NCBI GenBank assembly: GCA_963799625.1
Contig: CAWCXU010000002.1
Span: forward strand, 419,285 to 483,284
Source of the DNA: an uncultured Actinomycetes bacterium
GTDB lineage: Bacteria; Actinomycetota; UBA4738; HRBIN12
Direction: 5' to 3'
Length of the DNA: 64,000 nucleotides
Shown here: piece by piece, positions 30,597-41,714 of the stretch
Layout of the letters: every line of letters begins with the position of its first letter
How positions within the stretch are numbered: position 1 is the first letter of the stretch
The notes under the pieces: generated by a model
Database searches by the model: none
What the model was told of the DNA's origin: nothing
Seen by the model: only the letters and a program-made list of their open reading frames with translations
Translations under genes and position numbers: made by a program

Positions 30597-33211
30597 GCTC
30601 CGGCGTACGTGCGCGGGACGCGCTCGCCGATACGCGTGACGATCTCGTAGGCGATCGTGTCCGCGCGCGCCGCGAGCTCCCATGCGTCGATCTCCCCGTC
30701 GCCCTGGCGGCCGAGGAGGACGACCTCGTCGCCGGCGGCGACCGGCAGGTCGCCGCAGTCGACGATCAGCTGGTCCATCGTGACGCTGCCGGCGACGCGG
30801 CAGCGTCGCCCGCGTATCAAGACGTCGGCGCGCGAGGAGGCGGCGCGGGGGTACCCGTCGGCGTAGCCGACGGGTACCGTGGCCACCACGGCGTCCCGGT
30901 CCAGCGCGTACCGGAGGCCATAGCTCACCCGCTCGCCTTCGGCGAGCGGGCGAGCGAACGCGACGGTGGAGCGCCAGGTGAGCGCGGGTCGCAACCCACG
31001 ATCGGCGCCCACGCCCTCGTCCGGCCCGACGCCGTAGAGCGCGATCCCCGGCCGGACCAGATCGAAATGCGACTCGGGGTGCCGCAGGAGGCCGCCGCTG
31101 TTCGCCGCGTGCCGCAGGCGAGGGACGAACCCGGCGGCCTTGGCCGCGTCGAGCGCCGCTCCGTACCGGACCAGCTGCATCGAGGTCGCCTCGCGATCGT
31201 CCTCGCTCTTGGCGAGGTGCGTCCAGATCCCCTCGATCTCGAGGCCGGCGGCGGCGACCTCACCCAGGAACGCGGGCAGGTCCTCCGGCGGCCACACCCC
31301 GACCCGGTGCATCCCGGTGTCGACCTTCACGTGCACCGCCTGCGCACCGCGCGCCGCCGCCGCGAGGCGCGCGAGCCCGTCGCGCGAGTAGGCACTCGGG
31401 GTCAGCCGGTGCGCGAGCGCGACGGCCTCCGCGCCCGGTGGGAACTCCGACAGCACGAGGATCGGCGCCTCGATCCCGGCGGTCCGGAGCTCGAGACCCT
31501 CCTCGACCAGCGCGACGCCGCACCACGTCGCGCCGCCCTCGAGCGCCGCGCCGGCGACCGCGACCGCCCCGTGGCCGTACGCGTTGGCCTTGACCACGGC
31601 CATCAGCTCGGCGTCGGCTGGCTTGAGCGCGGCCGCGTTGTGCCGGATCGCGCCGAGGTCGACCTCTACGGTCGTCGGCCGGAAGCGCGTCTCGGTCATC
31701 GGCGCGGCCCCCACGCGCGCGATCGCATCGGGCAGGAGGTCGGCGACGTCGGCGGCGACCGTGCCGTCGCCCGTGCGGTCGGCGGCGGCGAGCCCGGCGA
31801 GCCCATGGAGGTAGGCACCCGCCCAGGCGGCGGCGAACGGCTCGACGCCCCGGGCGAGCAGGCCGCCGATCGCGCCGGTCAGGACGTCGCCGGTCCCCGC
31901 GGTCGCGAGCGCGGTCGAACCCGTCGGGTTCACGCGCGCGGTCCCGCCGGGCTCGACGACGACCGTACGGGTGCCCTTCACGAGCGCGACGGCGCGCGTC
32001 TGCTCCGCGAGGCCCCGCGCGTCGGCGAGCCGATCGACGGAGGCCTCGCGCCCGAGCAGGCGGGCCAGCTCGCCCTCGTGCGGGGTCAGCACCGCCTCAA
32101 CCTTGCGATCCGCGAGCGACGTCGCGTCGGCCTCGAACGCGTTCAGCGCGTCGGCGTCGACGACGAGCGGCACGGGCGAGATCCGCACCACCTCGCGGAC
32201 GAACGACGCCGTGGCCGGGTGCCGGGTAAGGCCCGGGCCGATCGCGACGGCGTGGGCCTCGCCCGCGGCGCTCACGACCGCGTCGACGGCTTCGGGAGCG
32301 ATCGATCCGGCGTCGGTCTCGGGCAGCGGCAGGAAGACGGCCTCGGTGAGGGACGCCTGGACCACCGGCAGGATCGACGCCGGGAGCGCGACCACGACGT
32401 AGCCCGCGCCGGCGCGCATCGCGGCGCGCGCGACCAACCGCGCGGCCCCGGTCATCGCGCGCGACCCCGCGACCACGACGAGCGTCCCGCTCTTCTTCTT
32501 GTGGCCGTCGAGCGGACGCGGTGGAAGGACCGCCGCCACGTCATCGGGTTCGGTCAGCCATGCGGTGGCCGCCATCGCGTCCTGGTCGAACCCGATGTCG
32601 ACGACGCGGATCGCCCCCGCGAGCTCGGCGCCCGGCAGCAACGCGGCGCCGACCTTCGCAGCGCCGAACGTCACCGTGAGCTCGGCTCGGATCGCGGCGC
32701 CCGGGACCGCGCCCGTGGCGCCGTCGACCCCGCTGGGGATGTCGACCGCGACGATCGGGAGGCCCGAGGCGTTCAGCACGTCGATCGCGGCGGCCCACGA
32801 GGCATCGGGCGCGCCGCGGAGGCCCGTGCCGGCGATCGCGTCGACCGCGGCGTCGGCGCGCTCGAGCTGTCGCCGCATCCCCGCGGGTTCGAGCGGACGT
32901 ACGAAGACGCCGGTCTCACGCTCGAGCCGGTCGCGCATCTCACCCGCTCCCCCGGTCGCCGCGTCGGCGAACACCGCGACGCGGACGCCGGCGCGCGCGA
33001 GATGCCGCGCCGCGACGAGCCCGTCACCGCCGTTGCTCCCCTTCCCACAGGTCACCACGACGCGACGGCCGTACGCGCCGCCCATCAGGTCCAGACAGGA
33101 ACGTGCGACGGCCGCGCCGGCGCGCTCCATCAGCGCGGCCGCGGGTGTGCCCGCCGCCTGCGTCGCGGCGTCCAGGGCGCGCGCCTCCTCGGGCGTCAGC
33201 AACGGCTTCAC
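30587..33211 (-). CDS. Nnr-Alr in-frame fusion: NAD(P)H-hydrate epimerase/dehydratase (YjeF_N+YjeF_C) fused to alanine racemase
   Basis: The single 929-aa ORF contains YjeF_N (…[22 protein letters not shown]…), YjeF_C (…[16 protein letters not shown]…[11 protein letters not shown]…) and a complete PLP alanine racemase ([21 protein letters not shown]…[12 protein letters not shown]…[11 protein letters not shown]…). The start is probably [13 protein letters not shown] at 33211, overlapping acpS. Confidence 0.85.
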   Translation of the reverse strand: MKPLLTPEEARALDAATQAAGTPAAALMERAGAAVARSCLDLMGGAYGRRVVVTCGKGSNGGDGLVAARHLARAGVRVAVFADAATGGAGEMRDRLERETGVFVRPLEPAGMRRQLERADAAVDAIAGTGLRGAPDASWAAAIDVLNASGLPIVAVDIPSGVDGATGAVPGAAIRAELTVTFGAAKVGAALLPGAELAGAIRVVDIGFDQDAMAATAWLTEPDDVAAVLPPRPLDGHKKKSGTLVVVAGSRAMTGAARLVARAAMRAGAGYVVVALPASILPVVQASLTEAVFLPLPETDAGSIAPEAVDAVVSAAGEAHAVAIGPGLTRHPATASFVREVVRISPVPLVVDADALNAFEADATSLADRKVEAVLTPHEGELARLLGREASVDRLADARGLAEQTRAVALVKGTRTVVVEPGGTARVNPTGSTALATAGTGDVLTGAIGGLLARGVEPFAAAWAGAYLHGLAGLAAADRTGDGTVAADVADLLPDAIARVGAAPMTETRFRPTTVEVDLGAIRHNAAALKPADAELMAVVKANAYGHGAVAVAGAALEGGATWCGVALVEEGLELRTAGIEAPILVLSEFPPGAEAVALAHRLTPSAYSRDGLARLAAAARGAQAVHVKVDTGMHRVGVWPPEDLPAFLGEVAAAGLEIEGIWTHLAKSEDDREATSMQLVRYGAALDAAKAAGFVPRLRHAANSGGLLRHPESHFDLVRPGIALYGVGPDEGVGADRGLRPALTWRSTVAFARPLAEGERVSYGLRYALDRDAVVATVPVGYADGYPRAASSRADVLIRGRRCRVAGSVTMDQLIVDCGDLPVAAGDEVVLLGRQGDGEIDAWELAARADTIAYEIVTRIGERVPRTYAGASS

Positions 33212-33585
33212 CCGTCGGTCACCGCCACGGCGAACGCGATCGCGTTCGTCTTCTCGTGGGTGACCGTGAGCAACACGCGAGACACCCCGAGCGCGTCGGC
33301 GCGTCCCTTCGCGTTGCCGGCAAGGGCGATCGACGGCGCGCCGCTCGGGTGCCGGACCACGCTGATGTCCTGCCACAGCCGCCCGCGGTAGCCGCCGAGC
33401 GCCTTGATCACCGCCTCGCGGGCCGCGAAGCGGCCCGCGAAGCTCTCGGCCGGCCTGGCCTTCGATGCGCAGTAGGCGATCTCCTCCGGGGTGAACACGC
33501 GCTCGCGCATCGTCGGATGGCGCGCGAGCGCGCGTTCCATCCGCGCGATCTCGCAGATATCGACGCCGAGGCCGACGATCTCCAC
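33208..33585 (-). CDS. acpS: Holo-[acyl-carrier-protein] synthase
   Basis: MEIVGLGVDICEIARMERAL…ERVFTPEEIAYC…AGRFAAREAVIKALG…SLTHEK-like C-terminus (LLTVTHEKTNAIAFAV). Confidence 0.9.
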   Translation of the reverse strand: MEIVGLGVDICEIARMERALARHPTMRERVFTPEEIAYCASKARPAESFAGRFAAREAVIKALGGYRGRLWQDISVVRHPSGAPSIALAGNAKGRADALGVSRVLLTVTHEKTNAIAFAVAVTDG

Positions 33586-33594
33586 GGGTGCAGG

Positions 33595-34281
33595 CTAGCC
33601 GCTGGCGTCCTCATCCGGTGGGTCAACACCACCCTCCGCATCAGGGCCCGACCCACCATCTGGCCCACCGTCGGGCCCGACCGGCAGGTCGTCGAACGGG
33701 GACGCAGTCTCGGCCGCGCCCCGGCCCGACCACCGGACGGCGGCCACGATCAGCGCCACCGCGAGCACGAGCCCCGCCACCACCGCGGGCCAGCTCATCC
33801 CCGGGATCGGCGCCGGGCCGGCGATCGGGATCGGCACCGCGCTCGGCGACGGCGACACCGGCGGGGGCGGACGCGCGTCGCCGAGTAGTGCCCGCACGTG
33901 GGGCATCGCGCCGATCAGACACGGGTCGATCGCGTAGCTTCCACCCCCGGAACGCATGAGCACCAGCGGATCGACCTCGGAGCCCACCGGGTATAGGACC
34001 GCGCACGACGAGCCGCCGCCCGAACCGAGGTCGGTATCCACGTTCACCGTCGCAGGCACACGTCCCGTATAGACGCCCTCCACCTGCACGACGCTCCGGG
34101 TGTGCGTGGGGTCCAACTCGATCTCGTTGGTCACACGACCCGCGATGATCGCGTCGGCACGCAGGACGATCTGATGCGCGTCGACCTGCCGGCACCGGCA
34201 GGCGACCGCCGGACCGGGCGCCGCCGCGAGCAGGGGGACCGCCACCGCCGCCGCGACGACCAGACGCGCCACCCGTCCCAC
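33595..34281 (-). CDS. Hypothetical secreted/membrane-anchored protein (signal peptide, Pro-rich linker, C-terminal TM)
   Basis: MGRVARLVVAAAVAVPLLAAAPGPAVA carries a signal peptide. A Cys-containing domain follows, then a PPPPVSPSPSAVPIPIAGPAPIPG linker, a TM helix (WPAVVAGLVLAVALIVAAV) and an acidic tail. I recognise no known family. Confidence 0.5.
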   Translation of the reverse strand: MGRVARLVVAAAVAVPLLAAAPGPAVACRCRQVDAHQIVLRADAIIAGRVTNEIELDPTHTRSVVQVEGVYTGRVPATVNVDTDLGSGGGSSCAVLYPVGSEVDPLVLMRSGGGSYAIDPCLIGAMPHVRALLGDARPPPPVSPSPSAVPIPIAGPAPIPGMSWPAVVAGLVLAVALIVAAVRWSGRGAAETASPFDDLPVGPDGGPDGGSGPDAEGGVDPPDEDASG

Positions 34282-34285
34282 GGGC

Positions 34286-36115
34286 TTACTCGACGGTCAC
34301 GGACTTCGCGAGGTTCCGCGGCCGGTCGACGTCACGGCCGTGCAGCACGGCGACGTGGTACGCGAGCAGCTGCAGCGGCACGGTCACCACCACGGGCGCC
34401 AGCAGCTCGGGGGTCTCGGGCACCTCGATCACGTGGTCCGCGAGCTCGGCTACCTCCGTGTCGCCGGCCGACACCACGGCGATCACGGCGGCGCCGCGCG
34501 CTTTCACCTCTTGGATGTTGGACACCATCTTCGGGTAGACGTGGCAGCGCGTCGCGATCGCCACGACCGGCACGCCTTCGTCGACGAGCGCGATCGGACC
34601 ATGCTTCAGCTCCCCGGCCGGGTACCCCGACGCGTGGATGTAGGACAGCTCCTTCAGCTTGAGCGCGCCCTCGAGCGCCGCGGGATAGCCCGTGTGCCGC
34701 CCGATGAACAGGTAGTCGCGCGCGTTGATGAACGCCTCGGCGATCGCGCGCACCTGCCCGTCGAGCGCGATCGCGGTCGCCACCTGCTCGGGCAACGCGG
34801 CCAGATCGTCGAGCACCGCGCCCACCTCCTCGGGGAACATCGCGCCCCGCACCTGCGCGAGATAGAGCGCCACCAGCTGTTGCGCGACCATCTGGGTCGC
34901 GAACGTCTTCGTCGAGGCGACCCCGATCTCGGGCCCCGCGTGCGTGTACAGGACGCCGTCGGCCTCACGCGCGAGCGAGGACGCCACCGTGTTCGTCACC
35001 GCGATCACCTGCGACCCCTGGCGGCGCGCGTGGCGCGCGGCCTCGAGGGTGTCGATCGTCTCGCCGGACTGCGACACCGCCAGGGTCAGCGTGTCGGGCC
35101 CGAGCACCGGGTCGCGGTAGCGGAACTCGCTCGCGATCTCGATCTCCACGGGCAGCCGCGTCCAGTGCTCGATCGCGTACTTCGCGACAAGCCCGGAGTG
35201 GAACGCGGTGCCGCACGCGACCACGAAGACCTTCGACAGCTCGCGGAGCACATCGTCGGGGACCCGGAGCTCGTCAAGCGCGAGCCGGCCCGCGTGCGCC
35301 CGGCCGACGAGCGTGTCGCGGATCGCGTCGGGCTGCTCGTCGATCTCCTTGCGCATGAACCAGTCGTAGCCACCCTTCTGCGCGGCCGTGACGTCCCAAT
35401 CCACCTCGATCGGCTCGACCGCGACAGGCGCGCCCTCGAGGTCGGTGATGGCACAGCCGTCAGCCCACACCGTCGCGATCTGGCCTTCACCCAACGGGAG
35501 CACCACGCGGGTACGCGCGAGCACGGCCGGGATGTCGGAGGCGAGCATCGTCTCGCCGTTGCCGAGCCCGACCACCATCGGCGAGGACACCTTCACGCCG
35601 ACCAGCTCGCCGGGATGGCCCGACGACACGACGACGAGCGAGTACGCGCCCTCGAGCGCGGCCACGACGGCGCGCACCGCCTCGGTCAGGTCGTCGGTGT
35701 CGCCGAGGGCGTCCTCGACGAGGTGCGCCACGACCTCCGTGTCGGTGTCCGAGGCGAACACGTGGCCGCCCTTCTCGAGCCCGGACCGCAGGTCGTGGTG
35801 GTTCTCGATGATCCCGTTGTGGATCACGGCGATGTCGCCGGGGCAATCGGTCTGCGGGTGCGCGTTCGCCGCCGTCGGCGCGCCGTGGGTCGCCCAGCGC
35901 GTGTGCCCGATCGCGACGCGGCCTCCGAGCGGCGGCTCGGCGTCCAGCGCGGCCTCGAGCTCGCCGAGCTTGCCCGACCGCTTGCGGACCTCGAGCTCCT
36001 CCCCGAGCACCGCGACGCCGGCCGAGTCGTAGCCGCGGTATTCGAGACGCCGCAGACCCTCCAGCACGATGGGGAGCGCCTCGTCGGGCCCTACGTAGCC
36101 GACGATGCCGCACAT
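34286..36115 (-). CDS. glmS: Glutamine--fructose-6-phosphate aminotransferase
   Basis: MCGIVGYVG… is the Ntn amidotransferase N-terminus. Two SIS domains follow, and the 609-aa length is typical of GlmS. Confidence 0.97.
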   Translation of the reverse strand: MCGIVGYVGPDEALPIVLEGLRRLEYRGYDSAGVAVLGEELEVRKRSGKLGELEAALDAEPPLGGRVAIGHTRWATHGAPTAANAHPQTDCPGDIAVIHNGIIENHHDLRSGLEKGGHVFASDTDTEVVAHLVEDALGDTDDLTEAVRAVVAALEGAYSLVVVSSGHPGELVGVKVSSPMVVGLGNGETMLASDIPAVLARTRVVLPLGEGQIATVWADGCAITDLEGAPVAVEPIEVDWDVTAAQKGGYDWFMRKEIDEQPDAIRDTLVGRAHAGRLALDELRVPDDVLRELSKVFVVACGTAFHSGLVAKYAIEHWTRLPVEIEIASEFRYRDPVLGPDTLTLAVSQSGETIDTLEAARHARRQGSQVIAVTNTVASSLAREADGVLYTHAGPEIGVASTKTFATQMVAQQLVALYLAQVRGAMFPEEVGAVLDDLAALPEQVATAIALDGQVRAIAEAFINARDYLFIGRHTGYPAALEGALKLKELSYIHASGYPAGELKHGPIALVDEGVPVVAIATRCHVYPKMVSNIQEVKARGAAVIAVVSAGDTEVAELADHVIEVPETPELLAPVVVTVPLQLLAYHVAVLHGRDVDRPRNLAKSVTVE

Positions 36116-36138
36116 GTGTGCCCGAGCGTAACAGCGCC

Positions 36139-37495
36139 TCAGGCGTGGACCCGCGAACGCGCCACCCAGTCCTGGGCGGCCATCTGCACCGGGTCCCAGG
36201 GCGAGCTCAACGGCGGTGTGTAGCTGAGGTCGAGGTCGGAGAGATCTTCGACGAGCATCCCGTGGTGGAGTGCGGCGGCGGCGATGTCGATCCGCTTGGC
36301 GATCTGCCCTCGATGGTCGCCCACCATCTGGACCCCGAGGAGCCGGCCGTCCCGCCGATCACCCGTGGTGCGGATCGTGATCCGGGTGGCGCCCGGGTAG
36401 TAGACCTTGTGGTCCCAGGTTTCCAACGAGGTCGTCGACGGCTCGAAGCCCGCCTCGCCCCCGTCGCGATCGCGCAGGCCCGTCCGCGCGACGGCCAGAT
36501 CGAACACCTTCACCACCTGGGTGCCGAGGCTCCCCTTGAACACCCGATCGCCGCCGACGGCGTTCTCACCGGCGATCCGCCCTTGCTTGTGGGCGGTCGT
36601 CCCGAGCGGCAGGTACGTCGGTCCGTCGAGGAGCGCGTGCCACGTCTCGACGCAATCACCGGCGGCGTAGACGTCGGGCGCGCTCGTCCGCATCCCCCGA
36701 TCGACGTGGATCGCGCCGCGCACCCCGAGCTCCAGGCCGGCCGCTTCGGCGAGCGCGACGTCCGGTCGCACGCTGACGACGACCAGCACGACGTCACCCG
36801 AGGCATCGTCGAACCCCGTGCCGGACACCACGAGTCGATCGTCCGACCGTTCGATCGCCTTCACCAGCGCATCGGTGTCGCACCCGGACGTCGTGCCGGG
36901 CCAGCTCCGCGCCGATGAGCTCGCCGAGCTCGACGTCCACGGTGGTCATGACCGCCGGTGCCTGCTCGAGGAGCGTCACCTCGATCCCACGGTGGGTCAA
37001 TGCGTCCGCCATCTCGAGACCGATGTAACCGCCGCCGACGATCACGGCCGACCGGGCGTCCGCCAGACGCTCTTGGAGCGCGAACGTGTCATCCATCGTG
37101 CGCAGGAGATGGACACCGTCCTGGCGGATCCCCTCGATCGGCGGCTCGATCGGCACCGCGCCCGTCCCGATCACCAGGCGGTCGTACGGGACGCGCTCCT
37201 CGGCGCCCCCCGGGCCCCGCAGCAGCACCGTCCGGGCCTCGACGTCGACCTCCAACGCCCGCGTGTCGAGCCGAAGCTGGAGACCGGTCGCCTCGATCTC
37301 CTCCCGCGTCCGGTGCGCGAGTTGGTGCCAGTCGGGGGTCTCGCCGCTCACGTAGAACGGGATGCCACAGATGCTGAAGTTCGGATAGGCGTCGGCGACG
37401 ACCATCGTCACGTCGACGGAGGGATCGAGCTCGCGCGCTCGCAGCGATGCGCTGATCCCCGCGTCGCTCCCACCGATCACGAGCAGATGTGGCAT
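36139..37495 (-). CDS. FAD-dependent pyridine nucleotide-disulfide oxidoreductase with an apparent frameshift near 36800-36860
   Basis: The N-terminus MPHLLVIGGSDAGISASLRARELDP…VIVGGGYIGLEMADAL… is in ORF 36794..37540. The C-terminal half …AAGDCVETWHALLDGPTYLPLGTTAHKQGRIAGENA… with its dimerisation domain is in ORF 36139..36864, in a different frame. Confidence 0.65.
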
Positions 37496-37500
37496 CGCTG

Positions 37501-38246
37501 AGGCCTCCGCTGCGGTCACGACCGCGCGGCGCGGCCGCATCGGCGTGCGGGACCACGACCTCGTCGGCGACCCCGGCCATGTCCGGGAACAGGATCTTGA
37601 TCGCCCCGAACGCGATGACGGCCCCGACCACCTGGAACGCGATGAACCCCGGCACCGACGACGGCGCGATGCCGGCGAACGTGTTCGAGAACATCCGGGC
37701 GAACGTCACGGCGGGGTTCGCGAAGCTCGTCGACGACGTGAAGAAGTACGCCGCGGCGATGTAGCCGCCGACGGCGAACGGCACGAGCAGCGTCCGCCGC
37801 GAGCGCACCATGCCGAACACGACGAGCACGAGCCCGAAGGTCGCCACCACCTCGCCGAGCCACAGACCGTTGCCGCTCCGCACCTGGGTCGAGAGCTCAA
37901 CGGCGCGCAGGCCGAACATCAGGTTGGCGACGACCGCCCCGACGATGCCCCCCGTGATCTGCGCGACGACGTACACGAGCGCGTCGCCCGAACCGATCCC
38001 GCCGAAGACGAGATCGAGTCCGGTGATGACCGGGTTGAGGTGGGCGCCCGACACGGAGCCGAGCGCGAGGATGATCGCGACCAGCGCGGCGCCGGTGACC
38101 ACGGCGTTCTCGAAGAGCTCCAGGCCGACGTCGCCCGGACTGAGCTTCGCGGCCGCGATCCCCGAGCCGATCACCGCCATCACGAGGAACGCCGTTCCGA
38201 TGAACTCCGCCAAGGCGCGCCGGCCGATCGAAGGGGTCATCGTCAC
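37501..38246 (-). CDS. MIP-family channel (aquaglyceroporin, placed next to arsenic-resistance genes); native 3' end unclear
   Basis: …[10 protein letters not shown]… and …[10 protein letters not shown]… are the two NPA boxes across six TM segments. The 385-aa ORF 37089..38246 has no in-frame stop after TM6 and runs as Arg-rich junk over the downstream gene. A lost stop or a 3' frameshift is the likely cause. Confidence 0.75.
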
Positions 38247-38259
38247 TGCCTCGCACTGA

Positions 38260-39083
38260 TCAGCAGCAGGACCCTTGGATCAGCGGGAGATCCCGGTGCT
38301 GCGGCCCCGGTCCGCCGTCGGGCTCGATGCGCTTGGTCGCCTGGATGATCGCCGAGTGGATCCCCTCGATCGGTTCGTCGGTCGAGGTGATGCGAACGGC
38401 TTCGAACCCGGCGGCTCGCAATCCTGCCTCGAACTCGCCGAACGACAGGGCGCCGGCGATGCATCCGACGAACGTCCCTCGCTCGGCGCGCTCCTCGGGC
38501 GTGAGCGCGTCGTCCGCGACCACGTCGCTGATCCCGATCCGGCCCCCGGGCTCGCAGGACCCGGTGCATCTCGGCGAAGACGTTCGGCTTATCGGTCGAC
38601 AGGTTGACGACGCAGTTGGAGATGATCACGTCGATCGTGTTCGCCGGCAGCGGGACGTCCTCGATGTAGCCCTTCAGGAACTCGACGTTGGTCGCGCCCG
38701 CCTCGTCCCGGTTGCGGATCGCGAGCGCGAGCATCTCCTCGGTCATGTCGAGCCCGTACACCTTGCCGGTGGGACCGACGCGTTTCGCCGACAGCAGGAC
38801 GTCGATCCCGCCGCCCGAGCCGAGGTCGAGCACCGTCTCGCCCGGGTGAAGGTCGGCGACCGCGGTCGGGTTGCCGCAGCCGAGGCTCGCGAGCACGGCG
38901 CTCTCCGGCAACGCCCTCGCCCTCGAGCGCCTCGTACAGCTCCGGCCCGAACGCGTGGCCCTCCTCGGCGCACGTCGCGCCGGGGTGGCAGCAATCGCAC
39001 GCGACCCCCGAGCCGGTCAGCACGGCGGTCGCGGCCTCGCCGTAGCGGCTGCGGACCTCTTCGCGGAGCTCGGTGTCGGTCAT
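38260..39083 (-). pseudogene. arsM: Arsenite S-adenosylmethionine methyltransferase ArsM, disrupted by two frame switches
   Basis: The N-terminus MTDTELREEVRSRYGEAA…CDCC… is in ORF 38589..39083. The MTase core [57 protein letters not shown]…[14 protein letters not shown]…[10 protein letters not shown] is in ORF 38243..38911. The C-terminus …[32 protein letters not shown]… is in ORF 38260..38523. Confidence 0.7.
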
Positions 39084-39490
39084 CTCACGCCTCCTTGGTG
39101 GTCGAACACGTCGCGGAGACCCGCGAGCCCCGTCCGGTTGAGCGAGTAGTACGCCCAGGTGCCGCGCTGCTCCCGCTCGAGGAGCCCGACGTCGAGCAGC
39201 TTCTTCAGGTGGAAGCTGACGGTGCCCTGCGACAGGCCGAGGTGCGGCATGAAGTCGCAGACGCAGACCGGCTCGCCCGCGTTGGCGAGCAGGTTCACGA
39301 TCCGCAAGCGGTGGGGATCCGCGAGCGCCTTGAAGACCGCGGCGAGCGTGTCGGCCTGCTCGCGCGAGATGCCGGGCGCAGCCACGGGGCGGCAGCAGTC
39401 GACCGGCGCCAGCTGGAAGTTCCTTGCATCGAACGCGCTGTCACGGACCCTCCATCGACGAACGTCGATGAAGGACACTAGGCATCGCAT
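39080..39490 (-). CDS. arsR: ArsR/SmtB-family metalloregulator
   Basis: …AVFKALADPHRLRIVNLLANAGEPVCVCDFMPHLGLSQGTVSFHLKKLLDVGLL… has a winged HTH with a CVCD metal-site motif. It overlaps the arsM start. Confidence 0.8.
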   Translation of the reverse strand: MRCLVSFIDVRRWRVRDSAFDARNFQLAPVDCCRPVAAPGISREQADTLAAVFKALADPHRLRIVNLLANAGEPVCVCDFMPHLGLSQGTVSFHLKKLLDVGLLEREQRGTWAYYSLNRTGLAGLRDVFDHQGGVR

Positions 39491-39603
39491 CGAGACATGT
39501 CAATGCTCTGGATCGACGCGCGGCTGCACCTGAGCGGCGCGCTTCAAGGTCGGCTCCGGGGACCCGAGGATTACTCGGGGGACGACGACCCACGGGAGCC
39601 ACG

Positions 39604-40386
39604 ATGGCAACGACAGAGCAAGGCCGCGCGCCGGACACGGCGACGGATGCACGGGCCAAATACCGGGTCCTGGTCGAGCACCTGCCCGCGATCGTCTACA
39701 CCTGCGAGATCGGCACCGAGGGGAACTGGCTCGACGTCAGCCCCAAGATGGAAGAGATCTTGGGCTGGACGCCCGACGAGTGGATGGCGCACGAGGGTCC
39801 GTGGAAGGCGTCGGTCCACCCCGACGACCTCGACCGCGCGACCGAGGAGACGCTCGCCGCGGCCGGCGACGGCACCGAGGACCGGCTCGTCACGATCGAG
39901 TACCGGATGTTCACGAAGGACGGCCGGCTCGTGTGGATCCGCGACGAGTCGACCGTCGTCCACGACGAGGACGGCACGCCCCTGTGCCTGCAGGGCGTGC
40001 TCTACGACATCAGCGAGAGCAAGCGCGCCGTCGAGGAGCGCGACTTCCAGGCGCGGCTGCTGGAGAGCATCAGCGACGCGGTGATCGCCTACGACACGGA
40101 CCTGACGGTCACGGCGTGGAACCGGGCGGCCGAGGTGCTCTACGGGATGACCGCCGACGACGTGCTCGGCCGTCCGCTCCCAGAAGCGATCAGGCGCGAC
40201 GAGGCCGACGTCGTGCCGGTCTGGGATCCGTTCGTCGATGCGATGCGCGGCTGGCGCGGCCGGTCGGAACATCGCGACGCCGATGGATACGAGGTCTCGA
40301 TCGAAACGAAGTGCATGCCCCTGGTCGACGCCGACGGCAACGACCGCGGCTGGGTGATGGTCGACCGCGAGGTCGCGGACGGCTAG
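39604..40386 (+). CDS. Tandem PAS-domain protein (sensor domains only, no output domain)
   Basis: Two PAS-like units are present: …YRVLVEHLPAIVYTCEIGTEGNWLDVSPKMEEILGWTPDEWM…YRMFTKDGRLVWIRDESTVVHDEDGTP… and …ARLLESISDAVIAYDTDLTVTAWNRAAEVLYGMTADDVLGRPL…. Confidence 0.8.
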   Translation: MATTEQGRAPDTATDARAKYRVLVEHLPAIVYTCEIGTEGNWLDVSPKMEEILGWTPDEWMAHEGPWKASVHPDDLDRATEETLAAAGDGTEDRLVTIEYRMFTKDGRLVWIRDESTVVHDEDGTPLCLQGVLYDISESKRAVEERDFQARLLESISDAVIAYDTDLTVTAWNRAAEVLYGMTADDVLGRPLPEAIRRDEADVVPVWDPFVDAMRGWRGRSEHRDADGYEVSIETKCMPLVDADGNDRGWVMVDREVADG

Positions 40387-41705
40387 GCCGCGGCGACCAC
40401 GTCCGCGATCGCGCGGGCGTGCCGGTCGGCCTCCTCCCTCGTCTCGGCCTCGACCATGACGCGCACGAGGGGCTCGGTGCCGCTCGGCCGCAGGAGCACA
40501 CGACCGGTGTCGCCGAGCGCACGCTCCGCCTCGCGGACCGCCGCCGTGACCGCCGCCGAGGACGAGACGGACTCACGGTCCTCGCTCCGCACGTTGACGA
40601 GCACCTGGGGGTAGCGCCGCATCGAGGCGGCGAGCTCGCCGACCCCGACGCCACGCGCGGCCGCGAGCGACAGGAACCGCACCGCGGTGAGGAGGCCGTC
40701 ACCGGTCGTCGCGTAGCGCCGGAAGATCACGTGCCCGCTCTGCTCCCCGCCGAGCGCGAACCCGCCGCGCTCCATCGCCTCCAAGACGTACCGGTCGCCG
40801 ACCTTCGTGCGCAGCAACGTGATGCCGTGGTCCTGCATCGCCCGCTCGAGCCCGACGTTCGACATGACGGTGGCGACGACCGTGTCGCCGGTGAGCTCGC
40901 CGGCCTCGTGCATCCCGATGGCACACGCCGCGAGCACCTGGTCCCCGTCGATCACCGCGCCGTCCGACGATGCGAACAGCGCGCGATCGGCGTCGCCATC
41001 GTGCGAGACACCGGCGTCGGCGCCCAGCCGCACCACGGCCTCGGCCACGAACTCCGGATGCAGTGCCCCACAACCATCATTGATGTTCAGGCCGTCGGGC
41101 TCGGCGTTGAGCGCGGTGACCTCCGCACCGAGCCGGGCAAGCAGTGCGGGCGCCGCGATCGACGCGGACCCGTTCGCGCAATCGACGACGACGCGCATCC
41201 CGTCGAGCGGGGCGAGCGCTGCTCCCGCGAGATGCGCGAGATAGCGGTCCCGCGCGCCTTCGACGGTCCGCACCTCGCCGGGCACGACGGCGTCGACCGC
41301 CGGCGCATCGAGCGCCGCCTCGATCTCGTCCTCGATCGGATCGGGCAGCTTCATCCCGTCGCGCGAGAAGAACTTGATCCCGTTGTCCTCGGGCGGGTTG
41401 TGCGAGGCGCTGATCACGACGCCGGCCGATGCGCCGAGGTCCACCGTCGTGAAGGCGATCGCCGGCGTGGGCTCGACACCCATGAGCAACACATCGCCGC
41501 CCGCCGAGCGGATGCCGTCGGTGAGCGCTCGTTCGAGCCAGACGCCCGAGGCCCGCGGGTCGCGACCGACCACCACGACGGCCCGGCCCGCGCCGTGGCG
41601 TCCGAGCACGGTGACCGCCGCCCGCCCGAGACCCGTCGCGAGCTCGGCGGTGAGCTCCGTGCCCGCGACCCCGCGGACGCCATCGGTCCCGAACAGCCGC
41701 GCCAT
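40383..41705 (-). CDS. glmM: Phosphoglucosamine mutase
   Basis: MARLFGTDGVRGVAG… is followed by the active-site sequence SASHNPPEDNGIKF. The 440-aa ORF is intact. Confidence 0.95.
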   Translation of the reverse strand: MARLFGTDGVRGVAGTELTAELATGLGRAAVTVLGRHGAGRAVVVVGRDPRASGVWLERALTDGIRSAGGDVLLMGVEPTPAIAFTTVDLGASAGVVISASHNPPEDNGIKFFSRDGMKLPDPIEDEIEAALDAPAVDAVVPGEVRTVEGARDRYLAHLAGAALAPLDGMRVVVDCANGSASIAAPALLARLGAEVTALNAEPDGLNINDGCGALHPEFVAEAVVRLGADAGVSHDGDADRALFASSDGAVIDGDQVLAACAIGMHEAGELTGDTVVATVMSNVGLERAMQDHGITLLRTKVGDRYVLEAMERGGFALGGEQSGHVIFRRYATTGDGLLTAVRFLSLAAARGVGVGELAASMRRYPQVLVNVRSEDRESVSSSAAVTAAVREAERALGDTGRVLLRPSGTEPLVRVMVEAETREEADRHARAIADVVAAA

Positions 41706-41714
41706 CGCTACACG

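Noticed and set aside
31067-33391. 774-aa plus-strand ORF
   Set aside because: It is antisense to the nnr-alr fusion gene.
34340-36223. 627-aa plus-strand ORF
   Set aside because: It is antisense to glmS.
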